In this document: one piece after another, positions 26,729-34,821 of the stretch
Layout: every line of letters starts with the position of its first letter
How positions within the stretch are numbered: position 1 is the first letter of the stretch
Source of the DNA: Candidatus Omnitrophota bacterium
GTDB taxonomy: Bacteria > Omnitrophota > Gorgyraeia > Aquiviventales > Aquiviventaceae
Length of the DNA: 58,096 bases
Direction of reading: 5' to 3'
Assembly: GCA_016198905.1 (NCBI GenBank)
Contig: JACQHR010000003.1
Location: 1 to 58,096 of the forward strand
Program-made: the position numbers and the translations under genes
The notes under the pieces: generated by a model
What the model was told of the DNA's origin: nothing
Seen by the model: only the letters and a program-made list of their open reading frames with translations
Databases searched by the model: none

Positions 26729-28003
26729 GTGAGTGAAAAACTCTTGATTAGTCATAGCGGTCCCTTGCACGGGACCGTGACCGTCAGCGGCGCGAAGAAC
26801 TCCGTCCTGCCGATCATGGCAGCGTCGCTGCTGACGAATGAACGCTCGATCATTGGCAATGTGCCCTCGGTGACGGATGTCCATTCGATGGGCGAGATCC
26901 TGCGCCGGCTCGGCGCGGAAGTGACGCTGACCGGGGACCGGTTGGTCGTCAACCCGAATGCGTATCAGGGCACCGTTGCCTCCTACGATCTCGTGAGCCG
27001 CATGCGGGCCTCGATTTGCGTATTAGGGCCCTTGCTGGCGCGGCATGGCAAGGCGCAAGTGTCGATGCCGGGCGGGTGCGTGATCGGTCCGCGTCCCATT
27101 GATTTGCACCTGAAAGGCATGCAAGCGCTCGGGGTAAGAATCACCATCGAGCACGGTTATGTCGTTGCGGTCGCGGGCAAGTTGAAGGGCGCTCGCGTGC
27201 ATCTGGGCGGCACCTTCGGCTCTTCGGTGCTGGCCACAGGCAACGTGATGATGGCGGCGACGCTGGCGGAAGGAACGACGTTCATCGAGCAAGCGGCGTG
27301 CGAGCCCGAAGTCATCGACCTGGCGAATTTTTTGATTGCGATGGGCGCGCGCATCGAAGGGCACGGCAGCCCGATGATTCGCGTTGAAGGCGTTGAGCGA
27401 TTGCACGGCGTCGAGTACCGGATCATCCCGGATCGCATTGAAGCCGGCACCCTCATGATCGCGACCGCGGCCGTCGGCGGCGATGTCATGATCGAAGGCG
27501 TGCGGGCGGATCATCTCGGCGCGGTGATCGATAAGCTCTCCGAAGCCGGGGTGCACATTGAAAAATTAAACGGCTCACTGCGCGTGCGCGCCAGCGGGCA
27601 AACCCGCGCGGTGGATGTCACGACGCTGCCGTTTCCAGGCTTCCCGACGGATTTGCAAGCGCAGATGATGGCGCTCATGGCGGTGTCGAAGGGCGTCAGC
27701 ATCCTGACGGAGAAGGTCTACCCCGAGCGCTTCATGCACATCTCGGAGCTCAACCGCATGGGGGCCTCGATCATGCGCGAAGGGGCCAGCGCGATCGTGA
27801 AGGGAGTCGAGCAGCTCTCCGGGGCGCCGGTGACCGCGCCGGATTTGCGCGCCTCGGCCGCACTCGTGCTCGCAGGGCTTGCCGCAGACAACCAGACGGA
27901 GTTAAGCGGACTGGAGCATCTGGAGCGCGGCTATCAACGGCTCGAGCAGCAGCTCGTGCAGGTGGGGGCGAAGATTCGGCGGCTGGGGCAAGACGAGCAA
28001 TAA
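26729..28003 (+). CDS. murA: UDP-N-acetylglucosamine 1-carboxyvinyltransferase
   Basis: VSEKLLISHSGPLHGTVTVSGAKNSVLP and PGGCVIGPRPIDLH (active-site Cys loop). GTG 26729 preferred; GTG 26696 is possible. Confidence 0.9.
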   Translation: MSEKLLISHSGPLHGTVTVSGAKNSVLPIMAASLLTNERSIIGNVPSVTDVHSMGEILRRLGAEVTLTGDRLVVNPNAYQGTVASYDLVSRMRASICVLGPLLARHGKAQVSMPGGCVIGPRPIDLHLKGMQALGVRITIEHGYVVAVAGKLKGARVHLGGTFGSSVLATGNVMMAATLAEGTTFIEQAACEPEVIDLANFLIAMGARIEGHGSPMIRVEGVERLHGVEYRIIPDRIEAGTLMIATAAVGGDVMIEGVRADHLGAVIDKLSEAGVHIEKLNGSLRVRASGQTRAVDVTTLPFPGFPTDLQAQMMALMAVSKGVSILTEKVYPERFMHISELNRMGASIMREGASAIVKGVEQLSGAPVTAPDLRASAALVLAGLAADNQTELSGLEHLERGYQRLEQQLVQVGAKIRRLGQDEQ

Positions 28004-28004
28004 G

Positions 28005-28034
28005 CAGTCAGCACACAGCACTAAGCACACAGCA
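28005..28034 (+). repeat. Single-arm CAGCACA-family array
   Basis: CAGTCAGCACACAGCACTAAGCACACAGCA directly after the murA stop. Resembles the reverse complement of the 6801-6834 arm. Confidence 0.75.
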
Positions 28035-28054
28035 AAAGAGAGAAAGGAGTTTCG

Positions 28055-28315
28055 ATGGTGGTCATTCGGTTGCAACGGCGAGGAACGAAGAAGACCCCGC
28101 ACCACAGAATCGTGGCGACGGACCGATCTCGCTCGCAGGGCGGGCGCGTGTTAGAAACCTTGGGGCACTACGACCCGTCATACAATCCTCCGCACTTTGC
28201 CCTCGACACCTCTCGAGTCGCGCACTGGGTTTCGGAAGGCGCGCAAATCTCCGATGCGGTGGAGAAGCTGACCAAGCGGTTTCAACACGTCCCCGTCGCG
28301 TCCACCAAGAAATAA
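28055..28315 (+). CDS. rpsP: 30S ribosomal protein S16
   Basis: MVVIRLQRRGTKKTPHHRIVA. Confidence 0.95.
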   Translation: MVVIRLQRRGTKKTPHHRIVATDRSRSQGGRVLETLGHYDPSYNPPHFALDTSRVAHWVSEGAQISDAVEKLTKRFQHVPVASTKK

Positions 28316-28364
28316 CAGGGACCGAACACACGCAAGGCAACGGCAGGTTCACACGACGTGACGC

Positions 28365-29126
28365 ATGCGCATTGACGTAGTGACGATTTTTCCGGAGATG
28401 TTTGCGCCGGTGCTGGGGGCCTCGATCCTCAAGCGCGCGCAGGAGGGCGGCCGGCTGACGGTGATGGTGCACGATCTTCGCGACTACTCGCGCGATAAGC
28501 ATCGCAAGGTCGACGACAGGCCGTATGGCGGCGGGCCGGGCATGGTGATGCGGCCGGAGCCCATCTTTGAGGCGATCGATGATGTGGCCCGCGCGTGTCG
28601 CGGGCATGCGCCGCGTCCCGCTGGGACGTGTGAGACGATTCTGATGAGCCCGCAGGGCGAGCCGTTCTCGAATGCGCTCGCGCAGGAGCTGGCGCGCACG
28701 TCACATCTGACATTGATCTGCGGCCACTATGAGGGGGTGGATGAGCGCGTCAAGGCCTTGGTGACGCGATCCGTCTCCATCGGCGACTACGTGCTGACCG
28801 GCGGCGAGCTGCCGGCCATGGTCGTCATCGACGCGGTCGCGCGGTTCGTGCCGGGCGTCATCGGACACGCGCAGGCCACCGAGGAGGAATCCTTTGCGCA
28901 GGGATGGCTGGAATATCCCCAGTACACGCGGCCTCCGGTGTTTCGAGCGATGGCGGTGCCGGAGATTTTGCTCTCCGGCGATCACGAGCAAATCGCACAA
29001 TGGCGCAAGACGCAATCCGTGGTGCGCACCTTGGCCGGCCGGCCGGATCTCATCATGTCGCAGCACACGACAAACGGCAGACAGCAGCACGGGCGAGCAA
29101 CGCCCGAACAGAAGAGAGGTTCATGA
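28365..29126 (+). CDS. trmD: tRNA (guanine37-N1)-methyltransferase
   Basis: MRIDVVTIFPEMF, PYGGGPGMVM, GHYEGVDERV. The C-terminal tail SQHTTNGRQQHG is encoded by a decayed CAGCACA array (29061-29090). Confidence 0.93.
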   Translation: MRIDVVTIFPEMFAPVLGASILKRAQEGGRLTVMVHDLRDYSRDKHRKVDDRPYGGGPGMVMRPEPIFEAIDDVARACRGHAPRPAGTCETILMSPQGEPFSNALAQELARTSHLTLICGHYEGVDERVKALVTRSVSIGDYVLTGGELPAMVVIDAVARFVPGVIGHAQATEEESFAQGWLEYPQYTRPPVFRAMAVPEILLSGDHEQIAQWRKTQSVVRTLAGRPDLIMSQHTTNGRQQHGRATPEQKRGS

Positions 29127-29602
29127 TGCAATGGCTTCAATTCATCCATCACACACCCGCCAAGGCCGCGGCCGCCAGCTTCAGAGTCGGCGATGACGTG
29201 CGCGTGTGGTACCGCATCCTCGAGCAAGGCAAGGAGCGGTTCGCGCAATTTGAAGGCATCGTCATCCGCTATCGCGGGCAAGGCCCGTCGAAGACCTTTA
29301 CCGTCAGGCGTGTGACGTACGGCGAAGGAGTCGAGCGGGTGTTCCCGGTCGATGCCAAGGTCATCTCGCGCATCGAAGTGCTGCGCAAGGGCAAGGTCAA
29401 GCGCAGCCGGCTCTACTTCCTCCGTGACGTGATCGGCAAGACCCGCATCGCGGCGGCCCAACGCTCCAGCGGGGCGATCAGCATGGAAGGGATCGTGCCG
29501 GTGATCATCAAACCCACGGATGTCGACGCGGCACCTGAAAAATCTGAAGGAGCTGTTGCCGCTGCCCGCAAACCCGCCGATACCCCCGCGTCTTCGGCCT
29601 GA
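29123..29602 (+). CDS. rplS: 50S ribosomal protein L19 with ~40-aa C-terminal extension
   Basis: FRVGDDVRVWYRILEQGKERFAQFEGIVIRYRG...RRVTYGEGVERVFP. ATGATG at the trmD stop. Confidence 0.9.
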   Translation: MMQWLQFIHHTPAKAAAASFRVGDDVRVWYRILEQGKERFAQFEGIVIRYRGQGPSKTFTVRRVTYGEGVERVFPVDAKVISRIEVLRKGKVKRSRLYFLRDVIGKTRIAAAQRSSGAISMEGIVPVIIKPTDVDAAPEKSEGAVAAARKPADTPASSA

Positions 29603-30386
29603 CGCGCAGGCGCGCGCCGCGGGATTTAGGCGCATCGCCGGCGTCGATGAAGTGGGCCGCGGGCCGTGGGCCGGGCCGGTCGTGGCCGCGGCGGTCATCC
29701 TGCATCGGCCGCGATTGGCGGTGCGGATCGATGACTCGAAGCGCCTCACCCCGGCTCAGCGCGAACGAGCCTGTCGGGTGATCCTCGAGCATGCCGCCGT
29801 CGGCATCGGGATCGTCTGCGCCGAAGAGATTGACCGGCGCAATATCCTTCACGCGACCTTCTGTGCCATGCAGGAGGCGGTGCGGGATTTGCCGACCGCG
29901 CCTGACCTCGTCCTAGTTGATGGGCATCTGACCCCGCGTCTTTCCATCCCGTGCTGGCCCATTGTGCGAGGCGACCAGCGCAGTTACGTGATCGCCTGCG
30001 CGTCCATCGTGGCCAAGGTGTTCCGCGACGCATGCATGACGTTCTACCATCAACTGACTCCGCACTACGCCTTCGATCGGCACAAAGGCTACGGCACGGC
30101 GCTGCATACCCAACGTCTGCGCGACGCCGGGCCGTCGGTGTTTCATCGCAAAAGTTTTGCGCCTGTTCGTTCCGTCATGGCTATCCAGGCCGGATCGCCT
30201 GATGCGCACGACGCCCTCCTGGCTGGCTCGCTTGCGCCGTCTGGCACCGAACGCTCCGCGGCACTCCTTACCACGTCACACTCCTCGACAAAGACTCGGC
30301 ACGCACGGCGAGCAGATCGCGGTGCGCTGGTTGCAGGATCACGGCTACCGCATTTGCGAGCGCAACGTCCGATTTCCAGTCGGTGA
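29520..30386 (+). CDS. rnhB: Ribonuclease HII
   Basis: IAGVDEVGRGPWAGPVVAAAVIL and HRKSFAPV motifs. Both ends are uncertain: it overlaps rplS by 83 nt and yraN by ~185 nt. Confidence 0.8.
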   Translation: MSTRHLKNLKELLPLPANPPIPPRLRPDAQARAAGFRRIAGVDEVGRGPWAGPVVAAAVILHRPRLAVRIDDSKRLTPAQRERACRVILEHAAVGIGIVCAEEIDRRNILHATFCAMQEAVRDLPTAPDLVLVDGHLTPRLSIPCWPIVRGDQRSYVIACASIVAKVFRDACMTFYHQLTPHYAFDRHKGYGTALHTQRLRDAGPSVFHRKSFAPVRSVMAIQAGSPDAHDALLAGSLAPSGTERSAALLTTSHSSTKTRHARRADRGALVAGSRLPHLRAQRPISSR

Positions 30387-30648
30387 AATCGATATCGTCG
30401 CCCAAGAAGGCGACACGCTCTGCTTTGTCGAAGTCCGCTCGACGTCCTCTTCGGCATGGGGCGGGCCGCTAGCGACCATCACGCACCAGAAACAACAGCA
30501 CCTCATCCGGGCGAGCCAGTGGTACCTGCAGCGGCTGCGCCGCGTCCCGGAACAGATCCGCTTCGATGTCGTGTCGGTCGAATGGGATGGGACGTCCGCG
30601 CCGCGGGTTGAGCTCATTCGCGGCGCATTTGAGGTCGATGGCTCATAG
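30202..30648 (+). CDS. yraN: YraN/UPF0102 family endonuclease-like protein
   Basis: GEQIAVRWLQDHGYRICERNVRFPVGEIDIVAQEGDTLCFVEVRS. Confidence 0.8.
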   Translation: MRTTPSWLARLRRLAPNAPRHSLPRHTPRQRLGTHGEQIAVRWLQDHGYRICERNVRFPVGEIDIVAQEGDTLCFVEVRSTSSSAWGGPLATITHQKQQHLIRASQWYLQRLRRVPEQIRFDVVSVEWDGTSAPRVELIRGAFEVDGS

Positions 30649-30660
30649 CTTGGTCATTAT

Positions 30661-30797
30661 TGAGGTAGTCAAGTTTGGTGGGTGACGCGGAGCCGAGGCC
30701 CCCACAGCCGCCCGCAGAGCCAGCGCGATAGTCGCTGGGCGAGGACGGATGTGGGGTGGCGCAGCGGCAGGCCCTACCAAACTTGACCGTCACCTCA
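30661..30797 (+). repeat. GC-rich long-hairpin element, copy A (conserved core, CGATAGT loop)
   Basis: Closing stems TGAGGT/ACCTCA and GTCAAGTTTGGT/ACCAAACTTGAC. Core GGGTGACGCGGAGCCGAGGCCCCCACAGCCGCCCGCAGAGCCAGCG-CGATAGT-CGCTGGGCGAGGACGGATGTGGGGTGGCGCAGCGGCAGGCCC. Confidence 0.85.
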
Positions 30798-30809
30798 AGT
30801 TCAGCGCGG

Positions 30810-30838
30810 TTGAATCTGTGAAATGCTTCACATATAAT
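30810..30838 (+). promoter_or_regulatory. Near-consensus sigma70 promoter with an embedded Rex-type operator
   Basis: TTGAAT (30810-30815), 17-nt spacer, TATAAT (30833-30838). The spacer contains the perfect palindrome TGTGAA-ATGC-TTCACA (30817-30832). This lies 39 nt upstream of GTG 30877. Confidence 0.7.
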
Positions 30839-30876
30839 AACTTCTTCCATCACCGTAGGTTCCGGCGAGGCAACGA

Positions 30877-31386
30877 GTGCGTATATCAGTCGAGCAGTTT
30901 CTAGAGCAAGTCGCTCAGCGTGGGTCCTGGATGGGCGGAGGGAGTGTCGCCGCTCTCAGCGCTGCGCTGAGCGCGGCTCTCCTTGAAAAGTTGGTGGTGG
31001 ACCCGCGCGCAGTGCGGCGACTGCGCCGCATGTGGCGGGAGTGCCTGGCCCTCATCAATCGCGATGCGACGACTTTTGCGCGCGTGATTCAAGCCACGCG
31101 CACGAAGAATCGAGCCACGTTCCGGCGCTCGTTGAAGCTGGCGATTGACGTTCCGCGCCGCGTTTTTGAGCACGCCTGCACGGTGCAGATGGCGTGCCGC
31201 GCAGCCGAACGGGCCGTGAAGCCGTCACTCCATTCCGATTTGCGCTGCGCGCGCGCGTTGGCCCACGCGGCGAGCGAGTCAGCGCGCGCATTGATCGAAA
31301 CCAACCTGCGGTGGCTCGGTGATCCGGCGTACGCGGCACGCATTCGACGCCAACTTACCGCAGCCAGGCACGCAGATGCTCGCTAA
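30877..31386 (+). CDS. Cyclodeaminase/cyclohydrolase family protein (FTCD_C-like, probable methenyl-THF cyclohydrolase)
   Basis: ISVEQFLEQVAQRGSWMGGGSVAALSAALSAALLEKLV matches the FTCD C-terminal-domain N-motif. GTG start with GAGG 8 nt upstream. Confidence 0.7.
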   Translation: MRISVEQFLEQVAQRGSWMGGGSVAALSAALSAALLEKLVVDPRAVRRLRRMWRECLALINRDATTFARVIQATRTKNRATFRRSLKLAIDVPRRVFEHACTVQMACRAAERAVKPSLHSDLRCARALAHAASESARALIETNLRWLGDPAYAARIRRQLTAARHADAR

Positions 31387-31405
31387 CCCGGAGACCATCT
31401 CTCCC

Positions 31406-32299
31406 ATGTCTGCGCACGTCGTCCTCGATGGCAAAGCCATCGCCGAGCGCATGAAATGCGAGTTGCGCGAAGAGCTCGCACACCTCAAGGGCCATCCGCA
31501 GCTGCGCATCCTCTACTTCGATACGCCCGCCTCCATCGTCTACAAAAATGCGCAGGTGCATGTGGCGCGCGACTTAGGGATTTGGACCGATCGCACCCAG
31601 ACCGATGGCACGTACTGTTTCCCGTGGAAGACGGCCACACAGCACGACGTCGAGCAGCTCATCCAGAAGTGGAACCGCGACCGGTTTGTCCACGGCATCT
31701 TCGTGCACCAACCGGTGCCGCCGCAGATCGATCCGCAGCGCATCTCCGCGCTCATCGATCCGCGAAAAGACGTCGAGGGCATTCACCCGGACAACTCCGC
31801 GCGCCGCTTCTTCGCCAAAGCGCGCATCGGCTCTTGCACGGCGCTGGCCGTGATGCGGCTCATCGAGGAAACCGGCGTGCCGCTCGAGGGCAAGGAAGCG
31901 GTGGTGGTGGGGCACAGCGAGATCGTGGGTCGGCCGGTGAGCATGCTGCTGCTGGACAAATTGGCGACGACGACCGTCTGCCATCTCGGCACCGACAAGG
32001 CCGGCCGGCTGGAAGAGCACGTGCGCCGGGCTGATGTGCTGGTCGTGGCGGTTGGGCGACCGCATCTCATCAAAGGGTCGTGGATCAAACCGGGAGCCAT
32101 CGTCATCGACGTCGGCATCAACGTCGTTCATGGACATGTCGTCGGGGACGTCGAGTTCGACACGGCCAAGGCCCGCGCGGCGTTTATTTCTCCGGTGCCG
32201 GGCGGGGTCGGGCCTGTCACGGTCATGACGGTCATGAGGAACACGGTGGAAGCCTTCAAGGGACAACAAGCCGAATCATCAGGCAAGCGCGATGGCTGA
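31406..32299 (+). CDS. folD: Bifunctional methylene-THF dehydrogenase / methenyl-THF cyclohydrolase
   Basis: VLDGKAIAERMK, VVGHSEIVGRPVSMLL, PVPGGVGPVTVM. Confidence 0.92.
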   Translation: MSAHVVLDGKAIAERMKCELREELAHLKGHPQLRILYFDTPASIVYKNAQVHVARDLGIWTDRTQTDGTYCFPWKTATQHDVEQLIQKWNRDRFVHGIFVHQPVPPQIDPQRISALIDPRKDVEGIHPDNSARRFFAKARIGSCTALAVMRLIEETGVPLEGKEAVVVGHSEIVGRPVSMLLLDKLATTTVCHLGTDKAGRLEEHVRRADVLVVAVGRPHLIKGSWIKPGAIVIDVGINVVHGHVVGDVEFDTAKARAAFISPVPGGVGPVTVMTVMRNTVEAFKGQQAESSGKRDG

Positions 32300-33194
32300 T
32301 GCCATAACTACTGCATCGGACGTGGCGCGATTTGAATCACGGCTTGGCAAAAAGTCGTTTCTGGTGACGATGGAGGTCAATCCGCCGAAGGGTACCGATC
32401 TCTCGGAGATTCTCGCGGCGGTGAAGCGCGTCGCAGGACTCGTGGATGCGATCAACGTAACCGACGGCTCCGGGGCGATCATGCGCGCGTGCTCGCTGGC
32501 GGTCGCGAAAATAGTGCTGGACGCCGGTCTTGATCCGATCCTGCAGATGACATGCCGCGATCGCAACCGGCTGGCCTTGCAAGCCGATCTGCTGGGAGCC
32601 TCGATCCTCGGCATTCGCAACGTGCTCTTGCTCACCGGCGATGATCCCAAGGCGGGCGACCATCCGGATGCCAAGCCGGTCTTCGACATCAACTCCGCGG
32701 CACTCATGCAAGTCGCCAAGGGGTTGACGCAGGGCAAGGACATGGCCGGCAAGGAACTCTCCGGAGCGCCGCAGTTATGCATCGGGGCGGCGGCCGATCC
32801 GGGCGCGAAGGATCTTGAAGTGGAGATGCAGAAGTTCAAGGCGAAGATCGATGCGGGCGTGAGCTTCTTTCAAACGCAAGCGGTTTTTGATGCGCAACGG
32901 CTGCGCGCGTTCATGGAACGCGCCAAAATGTTCAGCAAACCGGTGCTGGCCGGCATCTTGTTGGTGAAGTCCGCGAAGATGGCGCGCTACATGAATGAGC
33001 ATGTGTGGGGCATCCACGTGCCGGAGGACATGATTGCGCGATTTGAACGCGCCTCGGATAAGCGGGCGGAATGCGTGGCCGTGACCGCCGAGTTGATTCA
33101 GGCCGTGCGTGACGTGGCCAATGGCATCCATCTGTATGCGTTGGGATGGGAAGAGCTGGTGCCGGCCATCTTGAAAAAAGCGGGTGTCGCGTAA
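32292..33194 (+). CDS. metF: Methylenetetrahydrofolate reductase
   Basis: FLVTMEVNPPKG, INVTDGSGA, LQMTCRDRNR, LLLTGDDP. Confidence 0.85.
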   Translation: MADAITTASDVARFESRLGKKSFLVTMEVNPPKGTDLSEILAAVKRVAGLVDAINVTDGSGAIMRACSLAVAKIVLDAGLDPILQMTCRDRNRLALQADLLGASILGIRNVLLLTGDDPKAGDHPDAKPVFDINSAALMQVAKGLTQGKDMAGKELSGAPQLCIGAAADPGAKDLEVEMQKFKAKIDAGVSFFQTQAVFDAQRLRAFMERAKMFSKPVLAGILLVKSAKMARYMNEHVWGIHVPEDMIARFERASDKRAECVAVTAELIQAVRDVANGIHLYALGWEELVPAILKKAGVA

Positions 33195-33195
33195 G

Positions 33196-34335
33196 ATGCT
33201 CAAGACCGCACTCCATGACCGGCATCGGGCGCTTGGGGCCAAGATGACCGATTTTCACAGCTGGGACATGCCGTTGTACTACACGAGCATTCTGGAAGAG
33301 CATCGGGCGGTGCGGGAAGCCTTGGGGGTCTTCGACATCTCCCACATGGGTCAGGTGCTGGTGGCGGGTCCGGATGCGGTCCGCACGCTCAACGCGCTGA
33401 TGGTCAGCGACATCAGCCAAGTCGCCCAGGGGCGCGCCTGTTATACCCTGATGTTGAACGAGCAGGGCGGCATCATTGACGACCTCATCATCTATCGGCT
33501 TGGCGAGTCGGAGTTTCTCGTCATCGTGAATTGCGGCAATCGTGCCGTCGATGTGGCATGGCTCGCGGGCCACGTGGAGGGGCAGACGACGGTCACCGAC
33601 ATCAGTGAGGGCCGGTCGATCCTTGCGGTGCAGGGGCCGCGCTCCTCGCGCGTGTTGGAAGAGATTCTCGATGCGAAAGTGGCCGGGCTGGGAAAGTTCT
33701 GCATCGCTCCGATTCGCACGATGGGGCCTGATGCCTGCCTGGCGCGCACCGGCTATACCGGCAGTGATGGATTCGAGCTGTTCCTGCCGGACCGGCATGC
33801 GCTGCGCGTGTGGGATGCGGTGCTGAGCATGGCCAAGCCGTTGGGCGCGCGACCGGTGGGATTGGGCGCTCGCGACACGCTGCGCATCGAAGCCGGGTTG
33901 CGGCTCTACGGCACGGACATGGATGCGGCGACGAGCCCGATCGAAGTCGGGTTAGAGTGGACCGTGGCCATGAATAAGCCGGCCTTTATCGGCAAAAACG
34001 TGCTCGTCACACAGCAGCAAGACGGGGTCGCGCGAAAGTTCATTGGGTTTGAGCTCTCGCAAGGGCCGGTGCCGCGAACCGGTATGGAGTTGGCGGTCGA
34101 TGGCCGGCGCATCGGAATGGTGACAAGCGGCACCTTCAGTCCCATCTTGGCCAAGCCGTTAGGTATGGGGTACGTGGAGCCTGCGTACACGAAGCCGGGG
34201 ACGACCTTAACGCTGACCGTTCGCAATCAGCGCCATCACGCGACCGTCGTGAAGCTGCCATTTTGGAAAGGCGACGCGAAGACGCAAGCCGCCCTGACGT
34301 CTCCGGCGGCTCCAACCAGGGAGCGACTCACGTAA
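33196..34335 (+). CDS. gcvT: Glycine cleavage system aminomethyltransferase T
   Basis: MLKTALHDRHRALGAKMTDFHSWDMPLYY, GVFDISHMG, RTGYTGSDGFEL. Confidence 0.93.
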   Translation: MLKTALHDRHRALGAKMTDFHSWDMPLYYTSILEEHRAVREALGVFDISHMGQVLVAGPDAVRTLNALMVSDISQVAQGRACYTLMLNEQGGIIDDLIIYRLGESEFLVIVNCGNRAVDVAWLAGHVEGQTTVTDISEGRSILAVQGPRSSRVLEEILDAKVAGLGKFCIAPIRTMGPDACLARTGYTGSDGFELFLPDRHALRVWDAVLSMAKPLGARPVGLGARDTLRIEAGLRLYGTDMDAATSPIEVGLEWTVAMNKPAFIGKNVLVTQQQDGVARKFIGFELSQGPVPRTGMELAVDGRRIGMVTSGTFSPILAKPLGMGYVEPAYTKPGTTLTLTVRNQRHHATVVKLPFWKGDAKTQAALTSPAAPTRERLT

Positions 34336-34724
34336 TGCACGTTCCGCCTGAGTTGTTGTACACCAAGACGCACGAATGGGCCAAGCGCGATCCACAAGAG
34401 ATCGTGGTCGGCATTACCGCGCACGCGCAAGAGGAGTTGCGTGACGTGGTGTTTGTGGAGCTGCCGAAAGTCGGCAAGGTCGTCAAGCCAGGCGAACCGG
34501 CGGCGGTGATCGAATCCGTGAAGGCCGCGTTCGACATCTACGCGCCGGTTTCGGGGACGATCAGCCGCGTCAACGACGCCGTCGCAAAAGCCCCGCAGCT
34601 CGTGAATCAGGATTGCTACAGCAAGGGCTGGCTGTTTGCGATCACGCCCAGCGTGCCGGAGGACGTGTCGCGCTTGCTCTCGCCCGACGAATACACGAAG
34701 CAAATTCAAACCGCAACGCACTAA
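34335..34724 (+). CDS. gcvH: Glycine cleavage system H protein
   Basis: YTKTHEWAK and the lipoyl-lysine motif VIESVKAA. TAATG overlap with gcvT. Confidence 0.93.
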   Translation: MHVPPELLYTKTHEWAKRDPQEIVVGITAHAQEELRDVVFVELPKVGKVVKPGEPAAVIESVKAAFDIYAPVSGTISRVNDAVAKAPQLVNQDCYSKGWLFAITPSVPEDVSRLLSPDEYTKQIQTATH

Positions 34725-34734
34725 CCGCAAAGGC

Positions 34735-34819
34735 GTTCAATCGTTCATTCGCTCATTGGCTCATTTGCTGAACAGGTCTTCGGAGCCAATGAACCAGTGA
34801 GCCAATGAACCAGTGAGCC
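34735..34819. repeat. Heptamer hairpin cassette, GCTCATT / CCAATGAACCAGTGAG family
   Basis: GTTCAATCGTTCATTCGCTCATTGGCTCATTTGCTGAAC ... (CCAATGAACCAGTGAG)x2 CC. Ends 2 nt before the gcvPA ATG. Confidence 0.8.
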
Positions 34820-34821
34820 CT

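Noticed and set aside
28316-28364. Missing rimM (and KH-domain gene) between rpsP and trmD as a possible deletion.
   Set aside because: The 49-nt spacer shows no repeat or scar, and gene order in this operon varies among phyla. I judged it ordinary without genome-wide context.
30817-30832. Interpreting TGTGAA-ATGC-TTCACA as a CRP/FNR-family activator site.
   Set aside because: Not excluded, because it fits TGTGA-N6-TCACA. However, its position between -35 and -10 fits a repressor. The 6+4+6 palindrome fits the Rex operator better, and rex is encoded nearby, so it is reported as Rex-type with this caveat.
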